64,000 bases of DNA from contig DATNDR010000086.1 of assembly GCA_035606945.1 (NCBI GenBank), forward strand, positions 9,145-73,144. The letters are read 5' to 3'. Made by a program: the position numbers and the translations under genes. Numbering within the stretch: the first letter of the stretch is position 1; each line of letters starts with the position of its first letter. Source of the DNA: Pseudonocardiaceae bacterium (GTDB taxonomy: Bacteria; Actinomycetota; Actinomycetes; Mycobacteriales; Pseudonocardiaceae). The notes beneath the pieces are model-generated. The model made no database searches. It was not told the origin of the DNA and saw nothing but the letters and a program-made list of their open reading frames with translations. Shown here piece after piece: positions 53,408 through 61,544 of the stretch.

Positions 53408-53805
53408 ACTGTCAGGCTGGATGTGATCGAATCGTAATGTGCGCGCCGGAGACGTCATCTCACGGCATGGTGCGGGCAGTGCCCCCCGGTATCAACACCG
53501 GCAGCTCGTCGTCGCACAGTCAGCAATCCCCCCAGTTGTCCGACTGGCCTCCTTACTCAGCGTGGTCATATGCATCTCGAACGTAAGCGATACTCTCCGT
53601 GATTTCAACTATTACTTTGTGTATACATCTGCCTACAGTACGTGAGGAGTGCGACGTGGCCGTGGCCAAAGGTGCCCGACCAGACGGTACGGGTAGGTGA
53701 GGTCGTCTGGCCGGGCGGTTCCCGATCCGGACAGTGCGGTGGAGGAGGACTCGTCCGGCCGGGTAGCTGAAAGGAGAAGTCGTGGGTCGGCAGGCGCCGC
53801 GGTGA

Positions 53806-54249
53806 CTAGGCGGGTACGGGCATCAGTGCCCTCAGTGGCTCGTGATCAAGCAACGTCAGCTTGATCCAGCCGTGGCCGCAAGGTGTGATGCGGACCATGG
53901 GCACATCCATACCCGCGGCGATGCGGTGCGCTTCGGCTTCGAAGTCGTCCACCACCTGGCCGGGCAGCATTCGCACCAGCAGCGTCACCGGTGGGCCCGG
54001 ATCCACCGACTGCACCTGCGGGGCCACCATGACGGGTAGCCTCCCGGCGGTCACGGTGTGATGCGCGAGGTCCGTGTTGTCCATCGTGTCGTTCCACTGC
54101 CAGACCACCTCACTGGCCCACCGTGCCAACTCGTCAGCTTCTCGCCGACGCTGCAGCCAGCGCGGTGTCCACCGGGAACGGTGACGGCCCGACAGCTCGG
54201 CGTGCCGACCGACGGCCCTGGTACTCACACCGCTCGAAATGAGCGTCAT
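53806..54249 (-). CDS. FtsK/SpoIIIE-type conjugative-transfer protein, N-terminal-region-like fragment (no ATPase domain)
   Basis: 147-aa ORF. QVQSVDPGPPVTLLVRMLPGQVVDDFEAEAHRIAAGMDVPMVRITPCGHGWIKLTLL resembles the pre-ATPase region of actinomycete ICE/plasmid Tra (FtsK-like) proteins as I recall them. The P-loop part is absent. Confidence 0.3.
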   Translation of the reverse strand: MTLISSGVSTRAVGRHAELSGRHRSRWTPRWLQRRREADELARWASEVVWQWNDTMDNTDLAHHTVTAGRLPVMVAPQVQSVDPGPPVTLLVRMLPGQVVDDFEAEAHRIAAGMDVPMVRITPCGHGWIKLTLLDHEPLRALMPVPA

Positions 54250-54412
54250 GACAATTCCCTCCTCTATTCCGTTACCCTGGTGCGTTGTCGGGTTATGTCC
54301 ATCTAATGCAGTGGATACCCGTCAGGGATTGGTTCAAACGACTCGTCAACGATTCTTGACTGGGACGATACTTCGCGAGAACAAGCCACATCCGCGTTTC
54401 GCGTGCGGCCTG

Positions 54413-54802
54413 TCAGGGCGAGTTCTCCAAGGCTGCGGGCACGGTGTCGGCGAAACTGAACTGCTCTCGTAGGCCCGTCACGTCCAAGGCGCGATTGATC
54501 ATTCCTGAGTTGCACACCAATCGCAGGTGGTGACCTTCTCGCGCAGCGAGTTCATTAGCTTGGACGAGCACGGACAGACCGGCAGATCCCAAGAATTGCA
54601 CCCCATCGAGGTTCAGCACCACCAGGGGAGCAGCGGTCACCTGGGCGATCACGAACACGGCCAGCTCCGCGGCGGTCAGCGTATCGATCTCGCCTCCCAC
54701 GGTGACCACCCGAGCGTGGGGACCGTGCCCGGTCACCTGCAGATCCAGCACGTCGGAGCACAACGGACCTGCCCTGCCCAGGGTGCCCGGTAGTAGCGCC
54801 AT
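54413..54802 (-). CDS. STAS-domain anti-sigma-factor antagonist
   Basis: ATG 54802 is preceded by GGAAAGGAG. VTVGGEIDTLTAAEL...LNLDGVQFLGSAGLSVLV...LRLVC...RALDVTGL is the classic SpoIIAA/RsbV pattern, with the phosphorylatable Ser in GSAGL. Confidence 0.8.
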   Translation of the reverse strand: MALLPGTLGRAGPLCSDVLDLQVTGHGPHARVVTVGGEIDTLTAAELAVFVIAQVTAAPLVVLNLDGVQFLGSAGLSVLVQANELAAREGHHLRLVCNSGMINRALDVTGLREQFSFADTVPAALENSP

Positions 54803-55316
54803 CGCCGGCTCCTTTCCTGCCTCGGTGGCGCCCCAACGGCGACGCCAATCCTTCCCTGACGATCGGATCATGGTGACCCTGACCGTGACCGTGAGGTTGC
54901 TGAGAGTTACCCACCCTGTGCAAGCGCAAAACCTTCGCCTGCTTCGCAAGGCGTGGTCTGTGTTCGACGAGCGCGCGGCAAGCGCCAGCGCCTGTGCCCA
55001 TCAACGCCGTCGCATCGGCCCCATGAGCTCGGCAGCACGATGTCGACACCGAGGCGATCGACCTGCAGAAATTCGATCTTGGGCAACCGGCGGGATAGCG
55101 CATCAGTGCGACTCTCGCGGCGTTAGGAGCCAGCTCTTGTTGCGCCGCAGAGCGCTGAACGTACGGTCCAGTCCAGCCGGCGTGATCGTCGGCCTGACGT
55201 GCTCGCGTGTCATGTGAGTGCGCTTCACCTGGGGACAACAATCTCGGATTGGCTTACGATTGCCCAACGCAGCGCACTTCGCGAACCGATAACAGCAAAC
55301 ACGCTAGGAGCTGACC

Positions 55317-55457
55317 ATGACTGAATCCGAAAAGGGGCAGCACGACGAAGACTCGCAGACCGATGACGACACCGCGGAGGACGAGCGCATTAACGATCCG
55401 CTTACTAAAACCGATGTCAAGGCACCCCGTACTCCCTTCGGATCAGAGGATTCATAG
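55317..55457 (+). CDS. small acidic hydrophilic protein (46 aa), hypothetical
   Basis: ATG 55317 is preceded by AGGAG (6-nt spacer). The product is MTESEKGQHDEDSQTDDDTAEDERINDPLTKTDVKAPRTPFGSEDS. It is below the size cut-off of the supplied ORF track. Confidence 0.3.
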   Translation: MTESEKGQHDEDSQTDDDTAEDERINDPLTKTDVKAPRTPFGSEDS

Positions 55458-56195
55458 CTCAATTCACGAGGGTCGCGGCCACCGCGCTCATCGGCATTGC
55501 GAGTGCGCCGTGGCCAATGCCACGTAGTCAAGGAGGGCTGAACAGTCCTTGATCACAGTGATCATGCGTGCTTGACCGACCACTAACTTAGCGGCATCGA
55601 GCCGTGGCCTGGCCCTCACCGCGCGCGGGTTCACCGGTTCCGGCCTTCTGGGGTGCGCCGCGGGTTTGTGGGCAGTGGCGCATCCTGCTGGCGGCGATGG
55701 CGCGCATGCGCGGTTCAGCAGGATGCGCGCGTCCACAGTCGCGCTCCTCGCAGAGCAGGTAGGGAATCCCTACCTCCGGTAGGGGATTCTTCCTTTCTCA
55801 TTGGGGTGCGCGCTCCCGCGAGCTGCGCGGCGGAGGTCACCACGGAAAACACTGCCTCGCCCCTCACTACTCCACCCAACGACTCAGACGATGGCGGCGG
55901 GGTTCGTTCCTCGAAGGGCTTCAGTGCTTTGCCCAGCATTGTCTTGGCACTGCGCTACACACTGTCCTACGCGGACCCGGCTACCTACGCTGATTGGGCA
56001 GCGCTACACCGGTCGCGCGTATGGCGGCTGACTAAGCTAGGTAGTACCCCGCAAGGGTTACGTAGGATTACGGATTGCCACCCCGTGGAGGGCTAGGCAC
56101 TGTAGGTGATGGCCGGACCGGCGCTGCCCGCCGGTTCCGTGCCATACACACGCCTTCCGGGTAACTCTACATGTGACTGTTCTGGGGGAAATGTC

Positions 56196-56498
56196 ATGTT
56201 CGATGCGATCAGCGACGCCGAAATCGGCTGCTACGAGCCGGAATTGCTGCCCGCGCGCACCGTCTTGTCGATGCGTAGCGGCGGTATCCAGGGCGTTCTC
56301 GGCGATAACAACAGCGGCACGAGCGGCGGGTCCGGAAGCCACGGCGGCGCCAGCCACGCACATAATTTCAACCTGCTCTGGTGGCTAAACCAGCCCGGCA
56401 CGGCGAACCCGGACACTGCCGGTGCGGGCAGCACCGCCGCTGCCAACCACACCGCCGGAAGCGAGATCGGAAGCGGCGGCGCGGACGCGAACGGCTGA
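56196..56498 (+). CDS. 100-aa protein with acidic leader-like N-terminus and Gly/Ser/His/Asn/Ala-rich low-complexity body
   Basis: ATG 56196 is preceded by GGGGGA. The product starts MFDAISDAEIGCYEPELLPARTVLSMRSGG, then continues IQGVLGDNNSGTSGGSGSHGGASHAHNFNLLWWLNQPGTANPDTAGAGSTAAANHTAGSEIGSGGADANG. Confidence 0.45.
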   Translation: MFDAISDAEIGCYEPELLPARTVLSMRSGGIQGVLGDNNSGTSGGSGSHGGASHAHNFNLLWWLNQPGTANPDTAGAGSTAAANHTAGSEIGSGGADANG

Positions 56499-57094
56499 CC
56501 AAGTCGAGCAACCCGGGCACGGGTCTTGCCACCATGAAATGTCGGCAGTCGCTGGCGAGTTGTCATGACGTTCGCCGTGCCCGTCGCCGAAGGTGGCTGC
56601 ATCGTGCCCAACAGCCGTGGGTCCCGGGCCCAAACGTGGACGGGAATGCTGCGATCGCGGTGGAGCAGGACTACGTCGACCTGCTCTACCGCCATCTCGA
56701 CCAACGTTGCCAGTACACCGCGGCGCGCCTGGCTGAGGTGCTGCTGGCGACAGTGGACGTATCGGCTGACTTTTTGCTGCCTCCGATCAAGCCGGATGCC
56801 CGGATCGGAGGCCCCGTGTCGGCGCGCCAGCCTGAGGATCGCCTCGCGCCGCTCGCGCAGTTCGTCGAGCGAGGGTGGTGCGTGCCGAAGTTGTCAGCGC
56901 CAACTAACTCTCAGTGGTGGCTTTGGACCCGGCAGGTACTGGTGCGTGGTCGGGGAGTTACGGTCATGCCGTGGCGTTTCGGATAGCGCTAGATCGGCTT
57001 CGGGATGCTCGACGTTGCTGTATTTCACAGCTGTATGGCTGATCTGGGCGCACAACCCGACAGCGCAAGCCGCTGCCCTGCTGGTCCAGTCTGT

Positions 57095-57136
57095 CGAGGT
57101 GACGGGATTTGAACCCACGGCCTCTTCGTCCGAAGA
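57095..57136 (-). other. tRNA 3'-half-like fragment (long variable arm + T arm + acceptor 3' strand), possible att remnant
   Basis: The minus strand reads TCTTC-GGAC-GAAGA (variable-arm hairpin), GG, CC-GTGGG-TTCAAAT-CCCGT (T arm with 2 G-U pairs), CACCTCG. No matching 5' half or anticodon arm could be found. Confidence 0.35.
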
Positions 57137-57860
57137 AATGAAAGCACCGCGCTGGCCAGCGCGTTTCAGCGGGTTCGACCTGTTCAGACATCCCTCACGA
57201 TCCCGGAAGTCCGCCGTCATACGTGGTGATTGTCACGCAGTTCGTCACGCACGCCGCATACACGATGATCATAAGGTATACGGCAATTGCCGTGTGAATG
57301 GCACGCTCAGCCTGGTCCCCTTGGTGGCCTCTGCCGCACGGGGTGGTGGCAGTGCTCTCCAAACCGCGCCGCCCAGCAGGACAACCAGCACATCACCAGC
57401 ATCACGCTCCAGGTCAGGCGCGGAAGCCACCACAGGTGACAGCGCAGGTGACCGTGGCATCTTTGCCGAGCAAGGCCATCAATGACGGCGCGGGACCAGT
57501 CGATCAGTCCCCGAGCGCCCGGTCCGTCCAGATCGCCCATCATTTATCGGGTACCAGCCGACGCGACAACTCGTCAAGCACGACCGGGACCATGGCCGCA
57601 TCACCGCCCGGCTTTCGCCTTCGATGCCACGGACTGATCCACGAACTTGTCCAGGTCGCCTCGTATGAATGACCTATTCGGCACCCACAGGCTGAGCACC
57701 CCAATCACCGGGCCAGAGGAGCAGGCCGGCTTTTGGAATCCCACAGGATGACCAGTTCGGCACCCGCAAGCACGAAACGGCTCTGGTAACGTGGAACCCG
57801 CCACGCCGCACATGCCGAATCGACGGAATACTGCATTGTGTACAACCGGAAAGGCGAGCT

Positions 57861-58973
57861 CTATCGCGAGATCAGTTCAATAAAGCGATTTGCTATTGCT
57901 GTGCGTGTTATTGCGGTCTGACCACGTGCTAGGTGGAATAGAGCTTCGCCCATCAAGCGGCTCGCGGTGCTTCCTGTTATCATCGCCGTTGCACCGGATG
58001 CGGCTATACACGCTGTACCGGCTCGGCAGGTCAGCTCAAGTGCCGCAGCCCGTAATGCCTGCCGGTCGGCAAGACTTTTTTCCGATGTGAATTCGTCTGC
58101 CAGCCTATATGTTTGCTCCCGTAGTTGTGCGCCCTCGCTGGCCAAAGCCATGCCGAGGTCGTAGTACTTGGGGCCCGAGCGAGGGGCTGAGGCCACAAGG
58201 AAATCGGTTGCGGCGCGCAATGTCCCATAGATGCCGGGGTTGACATCGGCGCGATCATACTTATCCTGACGAAGCCACGCATCCCACGAAGTGCTGCCGA
58301 TTACTTGGTCGGGCGTCACTGCGACGTCGCGTAGCTCGACCGAGACGGTGCCGGTCGCGTTCATGCCCCATAATTCCTGCGGGCGAATTTCTCCGATACC
58401 GTTGTCGGTGCGGCAGGGTAGAAGCATCGATAGAACCTGGCCGTCCGGGGTTACCGCGGCCACCAAGAACACATCCGCTAGGAACCAGCCCGTCAGCCAG
58501 GGAAGGCGGCCGGACAGGCGCCATCCTAGCCGATCTGGGGTGGCGACTACAGCGGGCGATCCAGTGCGTCTCAGGTGGGAGGTTGCTTCGGCGCCGAATA
58601 CCTCGCCGTTTACCATAGCCTTGAGCCACTTATCGCGTAATTCTCGGTTGGCGCTAGCGGCGACTTCTTTAACCGGTTGGTGATGCTGATGTGAGACGAA
58701 CCAGGTGGAACCATCCGCTGCGGCCACTAGCTCGGCAACTTCCCGACGAACTTCCTCGTTGTTTAATGGACCTGCCGGTTGGTAGGTCATCAGCCCGAGG
58801 ACACCCGCGCGGCCAAGGGCTTCGAGGTGAGATCGAGGTACGCCGAACTTTGCGACGTGGTCAGCTTGCGGACGCAGCGTCTGATCAGCCAGCTCGGTCG
58901 TACGAGCGATCAGGACGTCCTCGAGCAGCCTAGGGGGCGTAGATAAAGCAGTTGTGGGCGCTGGGGACATCAC
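57861..58973 (-). CDS. acyl-CoA dehydrogenase-fold flavoprotein family member
   Basis: 370 aa. The overall three-domain ACAD pattern is an N-terminal helical part, a middle beta domain (GWRLSGRLPWLTGW...) and a C-terminal helical bundle (GATAMITGSTASRLMGEALFHL). It lies in low-GC DNA, and substrate and chemistry are unknown. Confidence 0.65.
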   Translation of the reverse strand: MMSPAPTTALSTPPRLLEDVLIARTTELADQTLRPQADHVAKFGVPRSHLEALGRAGVLGLMTYQPAGPLNNEEVRREVAELVAAADGSTWFVSHQHHQPVKEVAASANRELRDKWLKAMVNGEVFGAEATSHLRRTGSPAVVATPDRLGWRLSGRLPWLTGWFLADVFLVAAVTPDGQVLSMLLPCRTDNGIGEIRPQELWGMNATGTVSVELRDVAVTPDQVIGSTSWDAWLRQDKYDRADVNPGIYGTLRAATDFLVASAPRSGPKYYDLGMALASEGAQLREQTYRLADEFTSEKSLADRQALRAAALELTCRAGTACIAASGATAMITGSTASRLMGEALFHLARGQTAITRTAIANRFIELISR

Positions 58974-59695
58974 CGAGGAATTTGCTCGATTACACGGTTA
59001 TTTACCACGACAGCCGGGGGCGCAGAAGATGAGTCGGGTATTGCCGCAAGCTCACTGAATTTTTCTCCTAAGGGGCGAATAATGTGTTGCTCTACCTGGT
59101 AGTAACTAGTAAGTGTGGCGAGCGGTGCTCGCCGCATGTACCAGTGTCCATGTAAGTCGCAACCGATCTCGTTGCGTCGGAAGCCACCGGTGAGCCATCC
59201 TTCGGTCTCAGATTCGCAGGTACGCTCGATGCGGAAGTGATTGAAGATGGTGTTGGCAGTCGTGTGGACGCGTTCGTTCGGATCGCCCGGGCGTGGGATG
59301 GTGACGCCAAACCAACACTCCGGTTGGTCGGCATCGTTGACATACGCATCGTTGAAACCGAGCCATGGCCACACGAAGGCGATTAGTCGTGCCTGCGCGG
59401 TCGGGCAATCATCGATCGGCGTGCCGGCTGGTAGCCGGTCCGGATCAATGTAGAAACGACCCAGCCATGTCGGCAGCCATAGGTAGTAAGGATAGGAGCT
59501 ATCATCAGAAAGCAGGTAACTGTTAGCGTTGCTAGATAGTTCATTCCCTGCTATAGCGCGCAACCGAACGCCGTATTCGGCAATAGAAAGCCGAACGCTG
59601 ATTACCTCAAAGAAAGAGCGAATGTCGCGGAAATACTCCGACATATCACGGTAGGCATTTGTGACCGAGCCGAGCACGTGCGCCCTGAAGATCAT
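58970..59695 (-). CDS. hypothetical protein (241 aa), no recognisable domain
   Basis: Its stop overlaps the ACAD-like start (4-nt overlap). Trp/Tyr-rich (YPYYLWLPTWLGRFYIDPD, FVWPWLGFNDAY, CDLHGHWYM) with no TM. Codon usage matches its neighbours. Confidence 0.6.
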   Translation of the reverse strand: MIFRAHVLGSVTNAYRDMSEYFRDIRSFFEVISVRLSIAEYGVRLRAIAGNELSSNANSYLLSDDSSYPYYLWLPTWLGRFYIDPDRLPAGTPIDDCPTAQARLIAFVWPWLGFNDAYVNDADQPECWFGVTIPRPGDPNERVHTTANTIFNHFRIERTCESETEGWLTGGFRRNEIGCDLHGHWYMRRAPLATLTSYYQVEQHIIRPLGEKFSELAAIPDSSSAPPAVVVNNRVIEQIPR

Positions 59696-59729
59696 AACTT
59701 CTACCCCTCGCGACTTGCGGTTACAGCTT

Positions 59730-59750
59730 TATATGTGTCCGCAGCATATA
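59730..59750. promoter_or_regulatory. TATATG-N9-CATATA inverted repeat in divergent promoter region
   Basis: Seen in the 124-bp AT-rich spacer between the divergent 58970-59695 and 59820-61499 genes. Confidence 0.25.
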
Positions 59751-59819
59751 CTGACGCTATACAGTAAGTAAACAGCTGATGACCCAAAGGTGATGTGAAG
59801 TGATCTTCGAGGACGAGCC

Positions 59820-61499
59820 ATGGTAGACGCGGGAGGCGGCGGGATAGAGGTCGATGTGGCCGTCGTTGGCGCCGGCATCGGCGGATGTTATGTCAGTCTC
59901 CGCTTGCTGGAGGCTGTCCGTACTGGGCAGTTCCACACCACGACCCCATTGCGATCTTCCGCGCGTACCAGGCCGGTGACCGTAGCGCTGTTTGAGGTGT
60001 CCGACCGGATCGGTGGCCGGTTGCACTCGATCCAGCTACCCGGTGTTCCGGATGTATGGGCAGATTTGGGCGGTATGCGGTTTCACCGGCAGCTCCATCT
60101 AGTCTGCGACCTGATTCGCTACGTCGGATTTGAGCAGTTTATCACTTCATTCTTTTTTGACCGGCCCGAAAACCTTACTTATGTACGCGGGGTCCGCTTA
60201 CGACTGCACGAGCTGACCATCGCCGCATCGGACCGGCTTCCATACCGGCTGCGGCCGCAGGAGCGCGGACGCAACGGTGTTGGGCTTGGCTTTCTGGCTG
60301 CCGAGTCAGCACTACCGGGATTCTTTGCGTTGTATCGACGGCATCACGCCGCGCAGTCCCGATTCGATTGGTCCGAGGCAGATGCGGTCACTGCCGACTA
60401 TGCTCATGTCAGAGAAAGCGCTCGGGTAGCCGGACGCAGGCTGCTTGACCAGGAGTGGTCGGCGGTGCTGGAGCATACGCTGAGCGCGGAAGCGATGTGT
60501 TTGATTGAAGATACCGGCGGTTATGACTGCCGCCAATGGACGGGAAACGCGGCCAACTGGTTGGATTTATTATTTCATACCCCTCCGGATGTTGAGTATC
60601 TGCGGCTGTCTACGGGGTTTGAGTCGTTACCTCGTGCCGTGCATGCCCGTTTCCACGCCGGCGGCGGGCGCACCTTTCTACGTCATCGCCTACAGCGACT
60701 CGACCGGGCCAGACTTCGGGACGGCTCGGAAGGATATCGATTAACGTTTCAGCTTGCGGAAGTCGGGAGCGCCGGGAGATACACCACGGTTGAGGCTAAA
60801 GTCGTTCTGTTGGCTTTGCCGCATAACGCTTTGCGCTCGCTTGATTCGGATACCTTTATCTTCGCTTGCCCTATCGTCCGGGTCGCCTTGGACGCGGTCA
60901 AGGCTGTGCCCGCCTATAAGTTGTTCCTTGTCTATCCAGCACCCTGGTGGAAGCAGGTCGGCGTTAGCAGCGGACGGAGCACAACAGATTTACCGTTGCG
61001 TCAGTTGTGGTACTGGGGGACAGCGACCGAGAGCTACCGCACGGATCGACAGGCGATGCTGCTCGCGGCCTATCCAAGTGGATCGGCTGTGCGCTTGTGG
61101 GATAAGCACTTTCGCGATCGCGACCTTCATATGCCTGCGGCACTCGATGATTCTGCCGCTGTGCAAATAAGTGAGGTTCAACATGCTCATGCGATGGTTA
61201 TGCGACTGCATGGTGTGACGAGGGCGCCGCCACCGATTGCTGCCCGCTGGCAGGACTGGCCAAATCCCGATGGGGCTTGGCACGTTTGGCGGCCTGGATA
61301 CGATTCTCGACAGATCATTCCGCGTATCCGTCGGCCGTCGCGACGCGATGCGGTGTTTATCGTCAGTGATTGCTGGACCGGTGATCCCGGCTCGGTCAAT
61401 GGCACGCTGAGCTCGGCGGAGTCCGTACTGCAATACCATCTTGGCCTTACGTGGCCGGACTGGTTACGCCGAGATGGCACCTATCTGATTCCAACCTGA
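59820..61499 (+). CDS. FAD-dependent amine oxidase / L-amino-acid-oxidase-fold protein
   Basis: 559 aa. DVAVVGAGIGGCY (dinucleotide fold), EVSDRIGGRL, LGGMRF. The C-terminal FIVSDCW...GSVNGTLSSAESV resembles the flavin amine oxidase C-terminal FAD contact. Confidence 0.75.
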   Translation: MVDAGGGGIEVDVAVVGAGIGGCYVSLRLLEAVRTGQFHTTTPLRSSARTRPVTVALFEVSDRIGGRLHSIQLPGVPDVWADLGGMRFHRQLHLVCDLIRYVGFEQFITSFFFDRPENLTYVRGVRLRLHELTIAASDRLPYRLRPQERGRNGVGLGFLAAESALPGFFALYRRHHAAQSRFDWSEADAVTADYAHVRESARVAGRRLLDQEWSAVLEHTLSAEAMCLIEDTGGYDCRQWTGNAANWLDLLFHTPPDVEYLRLSTGFESLPRAVHARFHAGGGRTFLRHRLQRLDRARLRDGSEGYRLTFQLAEVGSAGRYTTVEAKVVLLALPHNALRSLDSDTFIFACPIVRVALDAVKAVPAYKLFLVYPAPWWKQVGVSSGRSTTDLPLRQLWYWGTATESYRTDRQAMLLAAYPSGSAVRLWDKHFRDRDLHMPAALDDSAAVQISEVQHAHAMVMRLHGVTRAPPPIAARWQDWPNPDGAWHVWRPGYDSRQIIPRIRRPSRRDAVFIVSDCWTGDPGSVNGTLSSAESVLQYHLGLTWPDWLRRDGTYLIPT

Positions 61500-61544
61500 C
61501 ATTCTACTTAGCTGCTGCCGACATGTTACGCGAAGGAGCAATCC

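Noticed and set aside
53439-53645. 68-aa ORF in the AT-rich stretch upstream of the FtsK-like fragment
   Set aside because: It has no RBS or recognisable features, and the region looks like non-coding or promoter DNA.
55304-55531. 75-aa minus-strand ORF
   Set aside because: It is antisense to the small acidic ORF, which has a proper AGGAG RBS. The Ser-rich translation has no start context.
56645-56750. Peptide NAAIAVEQDYVDLLYRHLDQRCQYTAARLAEVLL, resembling the N-terminus of HelD/UvrD-like helicases
   Set aside because: Only ~35 residues resemble what I recall, no helicase motifs follow, and the frame is embedded in an implausible Arg-rich ORF. It is too weak to call even as a pseudogene.
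56565-57485. 306-aa plus-strand ORF in the accessory region
   Set aside because: It has no motif or RBS, it spans the tRNA-like fragment, and its composition is not coding-like. It is probably a fortuitous ORF in decayed DNA.
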